From the NCBI GenBank assembly GCA_041691395.1, contig JBEPUT010000012.1, positions 1,575 to 65,574 of the forward strand: a DNA stretch of 64,000 nt, given 5' to 3'. Position 1 is the stretch's first letter. Every line of letters starts with the position of its first letter. Positions 29,120-38,093 of the stretch are shown piece after piece. Source of the DNA: Chitinophagaceae bacterium. Its GTDB lineage: Bacteria > Bacteroidota > Bacteroidia > Chitinophagales > Chitinophagaceae. Position numbers and translations under genes: made by a program. Under the pieces are notes generated by a model. It was given only the letters and a program-made list of their open reading frames with translations, ran no database searches and had not been told where the DNA came from.

Positions 29120-29476
29120 TTAGAATAGGAAGACGTCCTCGATTAAATAAAACTGTGGAGTCGGCGAAGCCAAAAGGATAGATAAGACCAAATAAATAAT
29201 TTGTTTTTTCCCAGGGTGCGATCGTAAATAAGCCATAGATGCCCGCCGGATATTCAACCATTTCTTTCGCGTTATCTTTTGTTCCGGGTAACCATATCTA
29301 ATGGAGTGTCCGGTTTTAACCTCAATGAAATAAAGCACGCCCTCCTTGGCTGCGATTAGGTCAATTTCCAAATGGCCGGTACGCCAGTTCTGTTCCATTA
29401 TCTGGTAGCCCTGATTCTTAAACCAGGATAGCGCAAGCACTTCTCCTGACCGGCCGGTTTCGTTATGTCTTGCCAT
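29120..29476 (-). CDS. yraN: YraN-family PD-(D/E)XK nuclease
   Basis: G..GE..A...GY.I...NWR...EIDLIA....FIEVKT. Start at ATG 29476. Confidence 0.85.
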   Translation of the reverse strand: MARHNETGRSGEVLALSWFKNQGYQIMEQNWRTGHLEIDLIAAKEGVLYFIEVKTGHSIRYGYPEQKITRKKWLNIRRASMAYLRSHPGKKQIIYLVLSILLASPTPQFYLIEDVFLF

Positions 29477-29554
29477 TAGAATCCCCTCCTTGCCCAACCC
29501 GAATGTCTCGTGGTGATTCGAATCAAAAAGGATTTGTCTGAGACAAAATCCGCA

Positions 29555-31156
29555 CTATTCATAAAATTGTTTTTTATTTTGGGGAATATTCATGGCAACA
29601 ACCTTCTTGGCTCTAGTCCCTGCGTGGATGGAAAGCGGTCTGTCCAGGCTTCGGAAATGAAGCGCTTCGGCAACGTGCGGCAGATCAACGATGACACTTC
29701 CAGCCAGGTCAGCAATTGTCCGGGAGAGTTTGAGGACTCGGCTGTAAGATCTCGCTGACATTTGCAAAACATCTATCTGTCTGAGTAGAAAAGCCTTAGT
29801 CTCTTGTTCCATCTGACAGGCTTTTTCAATTATTTTGTCTGGCATTTGGGCATTATTGTAAATGCCCGGGTAGAATCGAAGACGTCTGGATTGAATCGCG
29901 CGCGCCTTGATCACCCGCTGGCGTACCAAGTATGAGGACTCCGGCCGGCCAGGCTGCTCCACGATCTCAAAACCGGAAAGCGGGTCAACCTCTATGTGCA
30001 GATCTATCCTTTCTAGCAATGGGCCGGATATTTTCCGTCGATACCAGTAGAGCGCTGTCTTGTTGCAGGTGCAGGTCCGGGTGGGATGTCCAAAGTACCC
30101 GCAAATGCATGGATTCATGGCTGCCAGCAGGATGAATGACGCCGGAAATTCAACAGATAATTTCGCTCGGGAAATCAAAACCTTTCGGTCTTCCAGGGGT
30201 TGACGCATCACCTCGATGGTGCTCCTTCTGAATTCCGGTAACTCGTCAAGAAATAATACCCCATTATGGGCTAGACTGATTTCCCCCGGCAGTGGCATAC
30301 TGCCTCCTCCGGCGAGGGCAACGTCGCTCATGGTATGATGCGGATTTCGGAATGGCCGGTCCCGAATGAGTCCGGTAAGCGGTTTCCCGGTGTTTATCAC
30401 ACTATAGATGCGGCTGGTCTCCAGTGACTCAGCTACCGTCATCGGTGGGAGGATCGAAGGCATCCTTTTGGCCAGCATCGTTTTACCAGATCCTGGAGGG
30501 CCTATAAGCAGTGCATTGTGTCCACCCGCTGCGGCAATTTCAAGTGCCCGCTTTACTGGCTTTTGTCCCTTGACATCGCTGAAATCAGGACCTAGGGGAT
30601 AATACGCTTTCTTTGGCTCCATCGCGATCATGGGCGTCAACGCGATATCAGACTGGACAAATGCAATAACTTCTTGTAGCGTGCTGATGCCATAAACAGC
30701 CAATCCACTGACCAGAGTGGCTTCCGGTGCATTTGCCTTTGGCAAAATAATACCCCGAAACCCTTCCCGGCTTGCCTGATAGGCCATGCACAATGCACCC
30801 CTGACCGGAAAGATCGTCCCGTCGAGGCCTATCTCACCGATAAGCAGGTAATCGGACAATTTGCCAATATCCTGAACCTGCTCCGAAGCGATGAGAATGC
30901 CAAGGGCCATCGGGAGATCGAAAGCCGTTCCGGATTTCCGCAAATCCGCAGGTGCCAGGTTAATGACCAGCTTCGTGCGCGGCATTTGGAAGCCCAGTTG
31001 TTGAACCGCGATAGCGATCCTGGAGAGAGATTCTTTTATCCCGTCGTCCGCCAGCCCGGTGATACTATAGCCTATGCCGTTACCGACGCTCACCTCTATA
31101 ACAATACGAAATGCATCCAATCCATATATTGCGCCACTGTATAATTTTGCCAACAT
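29555..31156 (-). CDS. comM: YifB/ComM-family AAA+ ATPase (Mg-chelatase-like, MCM-related helicase)
   Basis: NLAPADLRKSG..FDLPMA, Walker A GPPGSGKT, LAHNGVLFLDELPEF, AAMNPC.CG, SGPLLERID and SARSY.RVLKLSRTIADL. Full length. Confidence 0.93.
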   Translation of the reverse strand: MLAKLYSGAIYGLDAFRIVIEVSVGNGIGYSITGLADDGIKESLSRIAIAVQQLGFQMPRTKLVINLAPADLRKSGTAFDLPMALGILIASEQVQDIGKLSDYLLIGEIGLDGTIFPVRGALCMAYQASREGFRGIILPKANAPEATLVSGLAVYGISTLQEVIAFVQSDIALTPMIAMEPKKAYYPLGPDFSDVKGQKPVKRALEIAAAGGHNALLIGPPGSGKTMLAKRMPSILPPMTVAESLETSRIYSVINTGKPLTGLIRDRPFRNPHHTMSDVALAGGGSMPLPGEISLAHNGVLFLDELPEFRRSTIEVMRQPLEDRKVLISRAKLSVEFPASFILLAAMNPCICGYFGHPTRTCTCNKTALYWYRRKISGPLLERIDLHIEVDPLSGFEIVEQPGRPESSYLVRQRVIKARAIQSRRLRFYPGIYNNAQMPDKIIEKACQMEQETKAFLLRQIDVLQMSARSYSRVLKLSRTIADLAGSVIVDLPHVAEALHFRSLDRPLSIHAGTRAKKVVAMNIPQNKKQFYE

Positions 31157-31180
31157 ATTTCTCTATTTTAATAATTAGAT

Positions 31181-31513
31181 TTATCTGTCCAGATCGACTA
31201 GCTGTGTTGCATGAATTTCTGTGATGGTCCGGGTTTGGCCACTTTCATCAGAAAAGGTTTTGTACCGGATAGAGCCTTCCACAAGCACATGACTTCCTTT
31301 AATAATATAGTTCTTCATTTTCTCGACAGCTGTTTTCCCCCAGATGACGACCGCATGCCATTCCGTAACTTTTTTCGGTTTGCCGTCCCGGCAGAAATAG
31401 AACCGATCAGTCGCCAGCCTTAAAACAGCGACATCCGTACCATCGCCTATCCGCTTAATAATCGGATCCTTGCCCAGGTAACCGATGAGTTGCACCTTGT
31501 TCATTGATTTCAT
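31181..31513 (-). CDS. ssb: Single-stranded DNA-binding protein lacking the acidic C-terminal tail
   Basis: MNKVQLIGYLGKDP, TEWHAVVIWG, KGSHVLVEGSI. Ends at the OB fold (LVDLDR). Confidence 0.88.
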   Translation of the reverse strand: MKSMNKVQLIGYLGKDPIIKRIGDGTDVAVLRLATDRFYFCRDGKPKKVTEWHAVVIWGKTAVEKMKNYIIKGSHVLVEGSIRYKTFSDESGQTRTITEIHATQLVDLDR

Positions 31514-31625
31514 CCTTTTAAGATTTTAGATTCAGACAATATATTTTCAACACGAAGATGGGAGTTGAAAAAACCTGCAGCAATAGCATCAACGTGTATA
31601 GGAATATAGAAACGGGTAGAAACCT

Positions 31626-31994
31626 TTACCATCTTTTGATGATTTTAAATTGATTATTTTCCATCGCCCGATAGCCGTAATTGAACGAGAAAATGAACTC
31701 ATTCTTGGTAGTTTGTGCGATAAGATGGTGCGTATGGTAGTCAAAATCATATCCCATTTTGAGTAAGGTTTCCCGGTTTACATAGAATTCCGGCTTCTCC
31801 CCAAGAAAACTCTTCAGGATAATTCGGTTCCGCTTGAGGATAGTCAGAACTTGCCTGATTTCCTGCGCATTTTCAATTTTGATCACGTTGTGGTGGTCAT
31901 TTTTACATTTATCTGAGCAAAAGCGTCTATCAATTCTGGAACCGATGGACAGCGAAGCGCCGCATTGTATGCATGGAGTGGATTGTGTGGCCAT
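31626..31994 (-). CDS. Zinc-ribbon hypothetical protein (CxxC...FCSxxC)
   Basis: CIQCG...RRFCSDKCKNDHHN, then LKRNRIIL...GYDFDYHTH. Confidence 0.75.
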   Translation of the reverse strand: MATQSTPCIQCGASLSIGSRIDRRFCSDKCKNDHHNVIKIENAQEIRQVLTILKRNRIILKSFLGEKPEFYVNRETLLKMGYDFDYHTHHLIAQTTKNEFIFSFNYGYRAMENNQFKIIKRW

Positions 31995-32023
31995 TGACAA
32001 ATCTTTAAGACTGTTATTTAATA

Positions 32024-32049
32024 AAAAAAGGCAGCTCAGCGCTGCCTTT
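32024..32049 (-). terminator. Intrinsic terminator
   Basis: AAAGGCAGC/GCTGCCTTT stem with a T-tail on the minus strand. Confidence 0.65.
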
Positions 32050-32085
32050 GGACGTCAACCGTTTGATTTCCCAAGGATCGCTTGA

Positions 32086-32889
32086 TCAGGCGCGAACCCG
32101 CTTCTGACTCACGTTTTCCTTTTTGCGCGTCGCGGGATCGGCAGTGTTTGTCTTTCCCTCCTTTTGAGAATCCTCAATCGACGCCATATCATCCTGCCCG
32201 CTCAAAGACACAATAAATGCCAGGTCGTTTCCAGAAAGTAACTTACCCTCAGCGTCAAATATTCTAAGCGATTTGAATTGCGGCACCGCTTCGACGTCGT
32301 AGGAACAGATTTTACCGTCCAATGAAAGGGTGACCGGTTCCCGATTGCCTTTTCTTAACCCGCCAATCAGTTTCTCCAGTGAATCGGGTTTCTCCAGTTC
32401 CAGAAATGGAAAACGCTCCAGGGTCTTATTCAGGTCAAACCCATACCCGTCCGTGAAATACTGCAACCTGAAATTTCCTTTGGCATCCGTCTCCTGGAAA
32501 TTGAACTGTATCCAGCTGTTATATTCCACTTTCACATGCGACAACAATTTTTCGCAATAAACCGCACGGCCGTAAAGCAAATTATAACCCTTCAGCAGTT
32601 CGATTACCGGCCCGTTCTTTCCGTAGTAAAAAATCTGCTGCAAGCAATCCCGGGTATTCTCCCGGCTGATAATTAAATGATAGCGATGAAAATAGTAGAG
32701 GTCGGTCTCTTTCCAATGCTTGAATTGAAGGATAGCAAACACCGAATCATCCCCAAAGTCCGGTTGATATTCGATGGAAAAATCCGGCGGTGTATCCTTC
32801 AGCCGCGCTTTCAACTGCTGGGCCACAGAATCCGGAAATCCCGCTTCTGTAACATACTGCTTCAGGTACTCAAAATTCTTCTGATTCAT
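32086..32889 (-). CDS. Conserved ICE-associated hypothetical protein
   Basis: MNQKNFEYLK....GF N-terminus, YNLL.GRAV and W.QFNF.ETD..GN, recalled from Bacteroidota conjugative elements. Confidence 0.7.
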   Translation of the reverse strand: MNQKNFEYLKQYVTEAGFPDSVAQQLKARLKDTPPDFSIEYQPDFGDDSVFAILQFKHWKETDLYYFHRYHLIISRENTRDCLQQIFYYGKNGPVIELLKGYNLLYGRAVYCEKLLSHVKVEYNSWIQFNFQETDAKGNFRLQYFTDGYGFDLNKTLERFPFLELEKPDSLEKLIGGLRKGNREPVTLSLDGKICSYDVEAVPQFKSLRIFDAEGKLLSGNDLAFIVSLSGQDDMASIEDSQKEGKTNTADPATRKKENVSQKRVRA

Positions 32890-33514
32890 GATGTAATTTT
32901 TTATTGATGATTAAGAAAAAGAGATCCTCCGGTGTGTGACAATATTTGGGCAGCAGGCTGTGCTTTCTTTGGGGAAGCGCGAATGCGTTGCCGGATACTA
33001 TACTGTTCATGAGTTCTGTGGCGAAATCAACACAATTATATTTATAGGTTTGATACCGCATCGTCTTCGCCAGTGACTGGGCGCGCAGCATCAGCGAATC
33101 AAATTTTTCGCGGTTTAGGTCCGCTCCAAATGATGCATCATACTGATGATTAGCATTGTCGGCCAGGGCAGCATCCACCGGTTTATTGTTGAAAACTCCA
33201 GGAAAGCCGGCCCTCGGGTAAAAACCAAAATATTGGACGAGAGAGTCGGGACCGTTACGCTTTTTCAGCGCAAGAAATACATGCCCCACGTATCCCTTCA
33301 AAGGATCAAGCAGCCAGTGCGGATGCTTTCGACACGCCAGACGGACGAATAGCTCCACATGGTATTCGGCCCCTTTTTCGGGCAGGCGGTCAAAAGCGGG
33401 CCAAAACGCGGAAACAGGATGTGTATTTTTTGGGAAGCCAATGTCTGTCGAGGTTGACAAATGGCCCTGGACACAAGCTTGCAACAGGCAAGCGAAGGCG
33501 AGAAGGTATTTCAT
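32870..33514 (-). CDS. Predicted lipoprotein with a permuted papain-like His/Cys dyad
   Basis: Start MKYLLAFACLLQAC (lipobox) at 33514, then GHVFL...YFGFYP...YNCVDF. Confidence 0.6.
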   Translation of the reverse strand: MKYLLAFACLLQACVQGHLSTSTDIGFPKNTHPVSAFWPAFDRLPEKGAEYHVELFVRLACRKHPHWLLDPLKGYVGHVFLALKKRNGPDSLVQYFGFYPRAGFPGVFNNKPVDAALADNANHQYDASFGADLNREKFDSLMLRAQSLAKTMRYQTYKYNCVDFATELMNSIVSGNAFALPQRKHSLLPKYCHTPEDLFFLIINKKLHHESEEF

Positions 33515-33625
33515 GCAATTCGTTTCTGATTCGAAACAAAGATGCAAGCCGTGAACGGATCCCTCGGTGTGAAAAGTGCAATAAAATGTTTGCGAAATGA
33601 AAAAACCGTTGCCCCTAAAATGGCG

Positions 33626-33672
33626 CCAGGGGATCCCGTTGATCACTCAACCAAGATCCCCTGGACTTTTTT
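33626..33672. terminator. Stem-loop between the AraC and lipoprotein genes
   Basis: CCAGGGGATC (33626-33635) pairs with GATCCCCTGG (33655-33664), with an inner GTTGA/TCAAC stem. The T-run is on the + strand, antisense to the flanking genes. Confidence 0.45.
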
Positions 33673-33738
33673 CCATTGGCTTGTCAAAATTAAAACACTC
33701 ATCAATGCGCAGAAAAATAGATTATTAACGGCTGTGGA

Positions 33739-34728
33739 TTAATTGCCATTTCGGCGGGTCTCCGTTGGCCGGTACCCAAAATGTCTTTTGAAGGCAGTCG
33801 AAAAATTATGAACATCCGGATAGCCGGTAAGCCACGCAATTTCAGATACAGTCTGCTTGCCCTCCAGCAGCAACTGGCGCGCCCTGTCCATCCGCATCTC
33901 CTCGCCGAAACGAAAAAGACTGCATCCGAACAGGTTCTTAAAGGCGGTTTTCAATGTAAAAACGTTTGTACCCGTTTTCCGGGCGAGTTCAGTCGCCGTA
34001 TATTGATGTTCGAAGTCCGACAGGATCAGCGCTTTCGCCGCTTGCGCATATTCGATGGAAACGCGCGAGAATTTTTCAACAGCCGTTTGAACACCCGATA
34101 TATTCCGCAGCATCAGGATGAGCAATTCCATGGCTTTGGACTCATAGAAGGCCGGCGCCATAGATTCCAGGAAATCATATCGCAACATCTCGTTGACCAC
34201 GCGGATCATGCCCGGGCTTAGGAAACGGGTAGAACCGAGTAAACTCGTAGCAACAGCTTTTTCCACCTTTTCCAGGAAAACGGAAAGCATCGGAAAATAA
34301 GGCGCAAACTGCTGCAGCGTTTCCTTATGATAATGCACATCGAACGTATGGTATTCCCCGACCTGTTCAAAGGTCGCCTCGTTATGCACGAAGGGCGCAA
34401 AACTCAGATCGAACTGCTTTTCCTCCATCACGGTATGCACAATGCCATCCCATTTGGCCCGCATTTGTCGCTTAAACGGAATATGCAGTTCCAGCACGGC
34501 CAAATCCGCTCGTGCGACAAGGGTCACCGGCGTCCGGATGGCGTAGACGCTATACCAGATATCGAAACCAGTACCCGGGAAATGTTGGAAAAGCATGTCA
34601 CCGAAGGGCGAAAAGGTAGCAATGGGCGTAGAACCCACGAGGCAGTGCTTTTGGTAAACCGGCAGAATCCGGTTCCCATAGACAATCTCATCCCCCGCAC
34701 GGGAATTGATCTGAAGCTCCACTGGCAA
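33739..34728 (-). CDS. AraC-family transcriptional regulator
   Basis: C-terminal double HTH: ELARKTGTN..LK.AFK..FG and VSEIAWLTGY....FSTAFKRHFG. Confidence 0.9.
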   Translation of the reverse strand: MPVELQINSRAGDEIVYGNRILPVYQKHCLVGSTPIATFSPFGDMLFQHFPGTGFDIWYSVYAIRTPVTLVARADLAVLELHIPFKRQMRAKWDGIVHTVMEEKQFDLSFAPFVHNEATFEQVGEYHTFDVHYHKETLQQFAPYFPMLSVFLEKVEKAVATSLLGSTRFLSPGMIRVVNEMLRYDFLESMAPAFYESKAMELLILMLRNISGVQTAVEKFSRVSIEYAQAAKALILSDFEHQYTATELARKTGTNVFTLKTAFKNLFGCSLFRFGEEMRMDRARQLLLEGKQTVSEIAWLTGYPDVHNFSTAFKRHFGYRPTETRRNGN

Positions 34729-34843
34729 AGGTTTTTGGCGTTAACCCTCCACACAAATTCCGTTAAAAGAAAGTTACGAAAAGCCGGAAACTTTTTTAGA
34801 ACACTAATTTTTTTAGTATTTTTGTGCTTTAAATTCCCACTTT

Positions 34844-35284
34844 ATGAAACGGGTTGCTACGAATGACGGACAATTTCTGTTTGACAATAATCTTCGCGGC
34901 CTCGCATTCTTCGCCCGGATCGCCTTCGCGTCGCTGATCTTTTCTCCCGTTTTGTTTACCGGATATTGGTTAGCCATGAAGTTCGTCGCGCGTGGTGACT
35001 CCGCGCTCGTCTGGATCATCGCGACCCTTCTTTTCTCCGCAATGATTTATGTCGTTCTGCAAATCATAAAAACGCACATGGTCAAACTCCGGCGGCAAGG
35101 CAATTGGTTTTGGCTCGCGTTATTTATTCTATTCGTCGGCTTTGTTTGCGTCCCTCCCGTTTTAATTACATTGCCATGGGCGCTGTATTTGACCCATCGC
35201 AACCAAATGATCGCCTGGATGCTCGAGATCGCGTTCGCTTTATTCATCTATCGGCAATACGAACTCAAGATAAACAGGAATTAG
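34844..35284 (+). CDS. Hypothetical 4-TM membrane protein
   Basis: Four hydrophobic segments. Confidence 0.65.
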   Translation: MKRVATNDGQFLFDNNLRGLAFFARIAFASLIFSPVLFTGYWLAMKFVARGDSALVWIIATLLFSAMIYVVLQIIKTHMVKLRRQGNWFWLALFILFVGFVCVPPVLITLPWALYLTHRNQMIAWMLEIAFALFIYRQYELKINRN

Positions 35285-35736
35285 TAGCCGGTAAATTCAT
35301 GGATTGTTCACGGCGCCTACACAAATTGCCGAGAAGTAATGGCGTCCTATATTATTTATCGCAGTAATGGGCGACCAGAGAATCACCCACTGGATCCGCT
35401 AACCAGGCAGGCTTTTACCTTATTTCCGCTTAGACGAAAGATATTTCCGAGCGAGACATAATTTGGTCCAGCTTGATAATTGTATTCAATGCAGCTCTCA
35501 ATATCTTGAACTGCCAACCTAGCGGAAAACCATTGAGATGTCGTTGGATCAGTGGGCGAAAAACCAGCGAGCAGTAGTAGCTATTTTTTGAACAGGCTGG
35601 AGGAACGCTTCTCTGATAAATAAAATAAAAGACAAATTGAAGTCCTACAAAACTGCTCGCGGAACGATCCAGTTTTCCTTATCAAGCGATTGCCTGTTGC
35701 TCTCGGTCTCCCTAGCCATTTGGTATTTCCCTGAAT

Positions 35737-36690
35737 CTAAAGAGATTTTTTTTCTTTATAAATAAAAGGGTACTTATTTATGATCTCCTCGATTTGATAG
35801 CTGAATTTTTTAAAGGTATGCTGCCACCGCTTTACTTCCGCATCCGTATACTGGTATAAACCTTTGCCATTCTGCATTCCCATACCTCCTTCTTTCAAAA
35901 TATCGATAAAAAAATCCGGAATTCGTTGTTCCTTTGAAAGATAGGGGTTTAAATCCTTCATCACCATTCCATAAGCATAAGTTCCCATAAGATCCATGTA
36001 TCTGCAATTCCCTGCAAATGGCAAATAATAGCCGGCATCATTCCGGCAGGCCCGGTCTATATCTTCCACTGAAGCATAATCGTTTTCAACGAGATAAAAA
36101 GCTTCCCTGACCATAGCACTTAATAATCTGGATCTGATTCCAAGATTCTGAACCACATAAGGATCTTTTTTCCAGGCCTGCTTTGCCTGTCTGCAGACCT
36201 GATCCACTATCTCTTTCTTAACTGTAAGATTGCCTATAACCTCGAGAAATCTGGTCGTATGTGCAGGTTCTACCCAATTGAGTCCAATGATCCTTTCAGG
36301 TCTTCTGGCTTCGTGTTGCAATGCATCAAGACCAATACCTTCCGAATTAATTCCAATAACCACATCAGGAGAAAGTCTGTCTTCCAATTGCCTGATCTTA
36401 TCCTGTTTCACTGCCAATTCCTCTGTCGTGATAATAACGGCCAGTCCGCAGTTTTCCAGTCCCTTTAAATTTCCGGAAACATTTAGCCGATCCATTTCCA
36501 ATATACCTTCTTCATGCTCAGCCTTCATGTCGGAATAGTACGCAAGGATAGCATTTTCTGAATTTTCAACATCGCTTGTCCACAGATTAACCACATGCCC
36601 GGCTTTTAATAAACACACTGCAATACTCCGGGTGAGATCCCCTTTACCCGCCAGTAAAACGGTTCCAAACTGAGCTATTTTGTTCTTCAT
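35737..36690 (-). CDS. 3-hydroxyacyl-CoA dehydrogenase-like protein with degenerate cofactor and catalytic motifs
   Basis: Family fold motifs are present (LEV, KDP, EAFYLVE..ASVEDIDRA, GM..GKGLY.Y). It has GKGDLT instead of GxGxxG, NSE instead of NTS and GLNW instead of GxHW. Confidence 0.8.
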   Translation of the reverse strand: MKNKIAQFGTVLLAGKGDLTRSIAVCLLKAGHVVNLWTSDVENSENAILAYYSDMKAEHEEGILEMDRLNVSGNLKGLENCGLAVIITTEELAVKQDKIRQLEDRLSPDVVIGINSEGIGLDALQHEARRPERIIGLNWVEPAHTTRFLEVIGNLTVKKEIVDQVCRQAKQAWKKDPYVVQNLGIRSRLLSAMVREAFYLVENDYASVEDIDRACRNDAGYYLPFAGNCRYMDLMGTYAYGMVMKDLNPYLSKEQRIPDFFIDILKEGGMGMQNGKGLYQYTDAEVKRWQHTFKKFSYQIEEIINKYPFIYKEKKSL

Positions 36691-36723
36691 AATGTGAAAT
36701 GCCCCAATTAAATTAAACGCTCG

Positions 36724-38028
36724 TTAGATTGTTTTCAATACCAGTTTCGCTTTCTTAACCGCAAATTCAATATCGTCCTCCGTATGAGCCGCACTGATAT
36801 ACCACAAACCCCTGCCGATGATCCTTACGCCACGGTCGTGCATGCCTGCTATAAATTTGGATAATTTTGCCTTATCTTGAGTTAAGGTATCCCGGTAATC
36901 CTTCACCTTATCCAGGTGAGTAAATGTTGTATTGAACATGGGTCCCGGGCCTTGCACCAAAAGGCCTTGATTTGTTTCAAGCGCAGCCAGTCTCAGGCCA
37001 TCCATTAAACGGTTTCCCAATTGGAAAAACCGCTTATACGGATTTTCCGTTTCCAAAACATTAATCGTTGCCAGAGCGGCCGCGACGGTCGGATTGCTTG
37101 AATTCATGGTTCCTGCATGAATTACCCTCGATTTCTCTATTAATTCCATCCATTCCCCTTTCCCTGCGATCACGCTCAAAGGATATCCACTGGCAATCGC
37201 TTTGGCAAATACAGAAAGATCAGGTTTTACGTTGAAATACTCCTGGGCGCCTCCAAGCGAAAGGCGAAAACCGGTAATCACTTCATCAAAAATCAGCGTT
37301 ATGCCATATTCATTGCATAAAGCCCTCATCCCATTTAAAAACCCTTCTTCCGGAAGAATACATCCACTATTACACATCACCGGTTCCGTGATGATTGCCG
37401 CAAGTTCATGATGATGTTTTTTAACTGTATCTTTTAATAAGGCCAAATCATTCCAGGGCAAAATAATAAACTCGTCCCGGGCGCCTTCGGGCAGGCCTTC
37501 CGTCCAGGAATAAGCAACGGGGTTTTCCCTGCTTCCTAATTCTTCCCCCGGTTTGGCGGAAATACCCCAGCATACATTATCGAGCCAGCCGTGGTAATGG
37601 CCTTCAAAACGTAAAAATTTCTGTTTCCCGGTTTTTGCCCGGGCAATCCGAAAAGCGGTTTGAACGGCCTCCGAACCGTCCAGGCAAAACCGCATCAATT
37701 CCGCGGAAGGAATAATCTGGTTAATTTTTTCGGCGAGCTCAATTTCTTTTATGTGCTGACCGGCAAAAAGCTGCCCGGATTTTGAATACTCCTCAACAGC
37801 CCTTAACAACCCCGGATGAGAATGACCCAGGATCAATGGCCCTTGGCTTAGCGTGAAATCAAGGTATTCGTTGCCATCAGCATCATAGATCCGGCTACCC
37901 AGTCCATGTGTGTAGAATAATGCATGCGGATGATTATACTTTCTGAATTCAGATGAAACGCCTCCGGCAAGAACCTTCTTAGCTCTTTCCAGCAGTCCTT
38001 CAGATTTTTTGTATATATATGTTCCCAT
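36724..38028 (-). CDS. Class-III PLP aminotransferase (GSA-aminomutase-like)
   Basis: FEGHYHGW, ITEPV, LIFDEVITGFR, VFAKAIASG (PLP Lys) and HAGTMNSS. Confidence 0.88.
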   Translation of the reverse strand: MGTYIYKKSEGLLERAKKVLAGGVSSEFRKYNHPHALFYTHGLGSRIYDADGNEYLDFTLSQGPLILGHSHPGLLRAVEEYSKSGQLFAGQHIKEIELAEKINQIIPSAELMRFCLDGSEAVQTAFRIARAKTGKQKFLRFEGHYHGWLDNVCWGISAKPGEELGSRENPVAYSWTEGLPEGARDEFIILPWNDLALLKDTVKKHHHELAAIITEPVMCNSGCILPEEGFLNGMRALCNEYGITLIFDEVITGFRLSLGGAQEYFNVKPDLSVFAKAIASGYPLSVIAGKGEWMELIEKSRVIHAGTMNSSNPTVAAALATINVLETENPYKRFFQLGNRLMDGLRLAALETNQGLLVQGPGPMFNTTFTHLDKVKDYRDTLTQDKAKLSKFIAGMHDRGVRIIGRGLWYISAAHTEDDIEFAVKKAKLVLKTI

Positions 38029-38093
38029 CTGAAATTAGGAATTGATCATTTAAATATTTTATCATAACAAGTCATATACCGTTTCAGAAGGAA

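Larger units (their letters stand above)
19996..35300. mobile_element. Integrative mobilizable/conjugative element inserted at tRNA-Leu(CAG). Right boundary not identified.
   Basis: Integrase and xis next to the tRNA 3' end, then mobABC, oriT, radC, a ParB-like gene and two ssb genes. No tra/T4SS genes or attR seen in the window. The end coordinate marks only the last element-like gene. Confidence 0.85.

Noticed and set aside
29555-31156. Magnesium chelatase (chlorophyll or cobalamin pathway) reading of the AAA+ gene
   Set aside because: The N-terminal Lon-like domain, zinc-binding PC.CG and yraN linkage identify the YifB/ComM family.
35300-35730. Short open frames in the gap between the element genes and the catabolic operon
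   Set aside because: There is no convincing start or family similarity, and I found no repeat marking a boundary.
37474-37485. GTCCCGGGCGCC, an 11/12 match to the tRNA-Leu 3' end, as attR
   Set aside because: It lies inside an intact aminotransferase ORF with no arm repeats nearby.
36724-38028. hemL assignment for either class-III PLP gene
   Set aside because: There are two divergent copies in a sugar-catabolic context with no tetrapyrrole genes.
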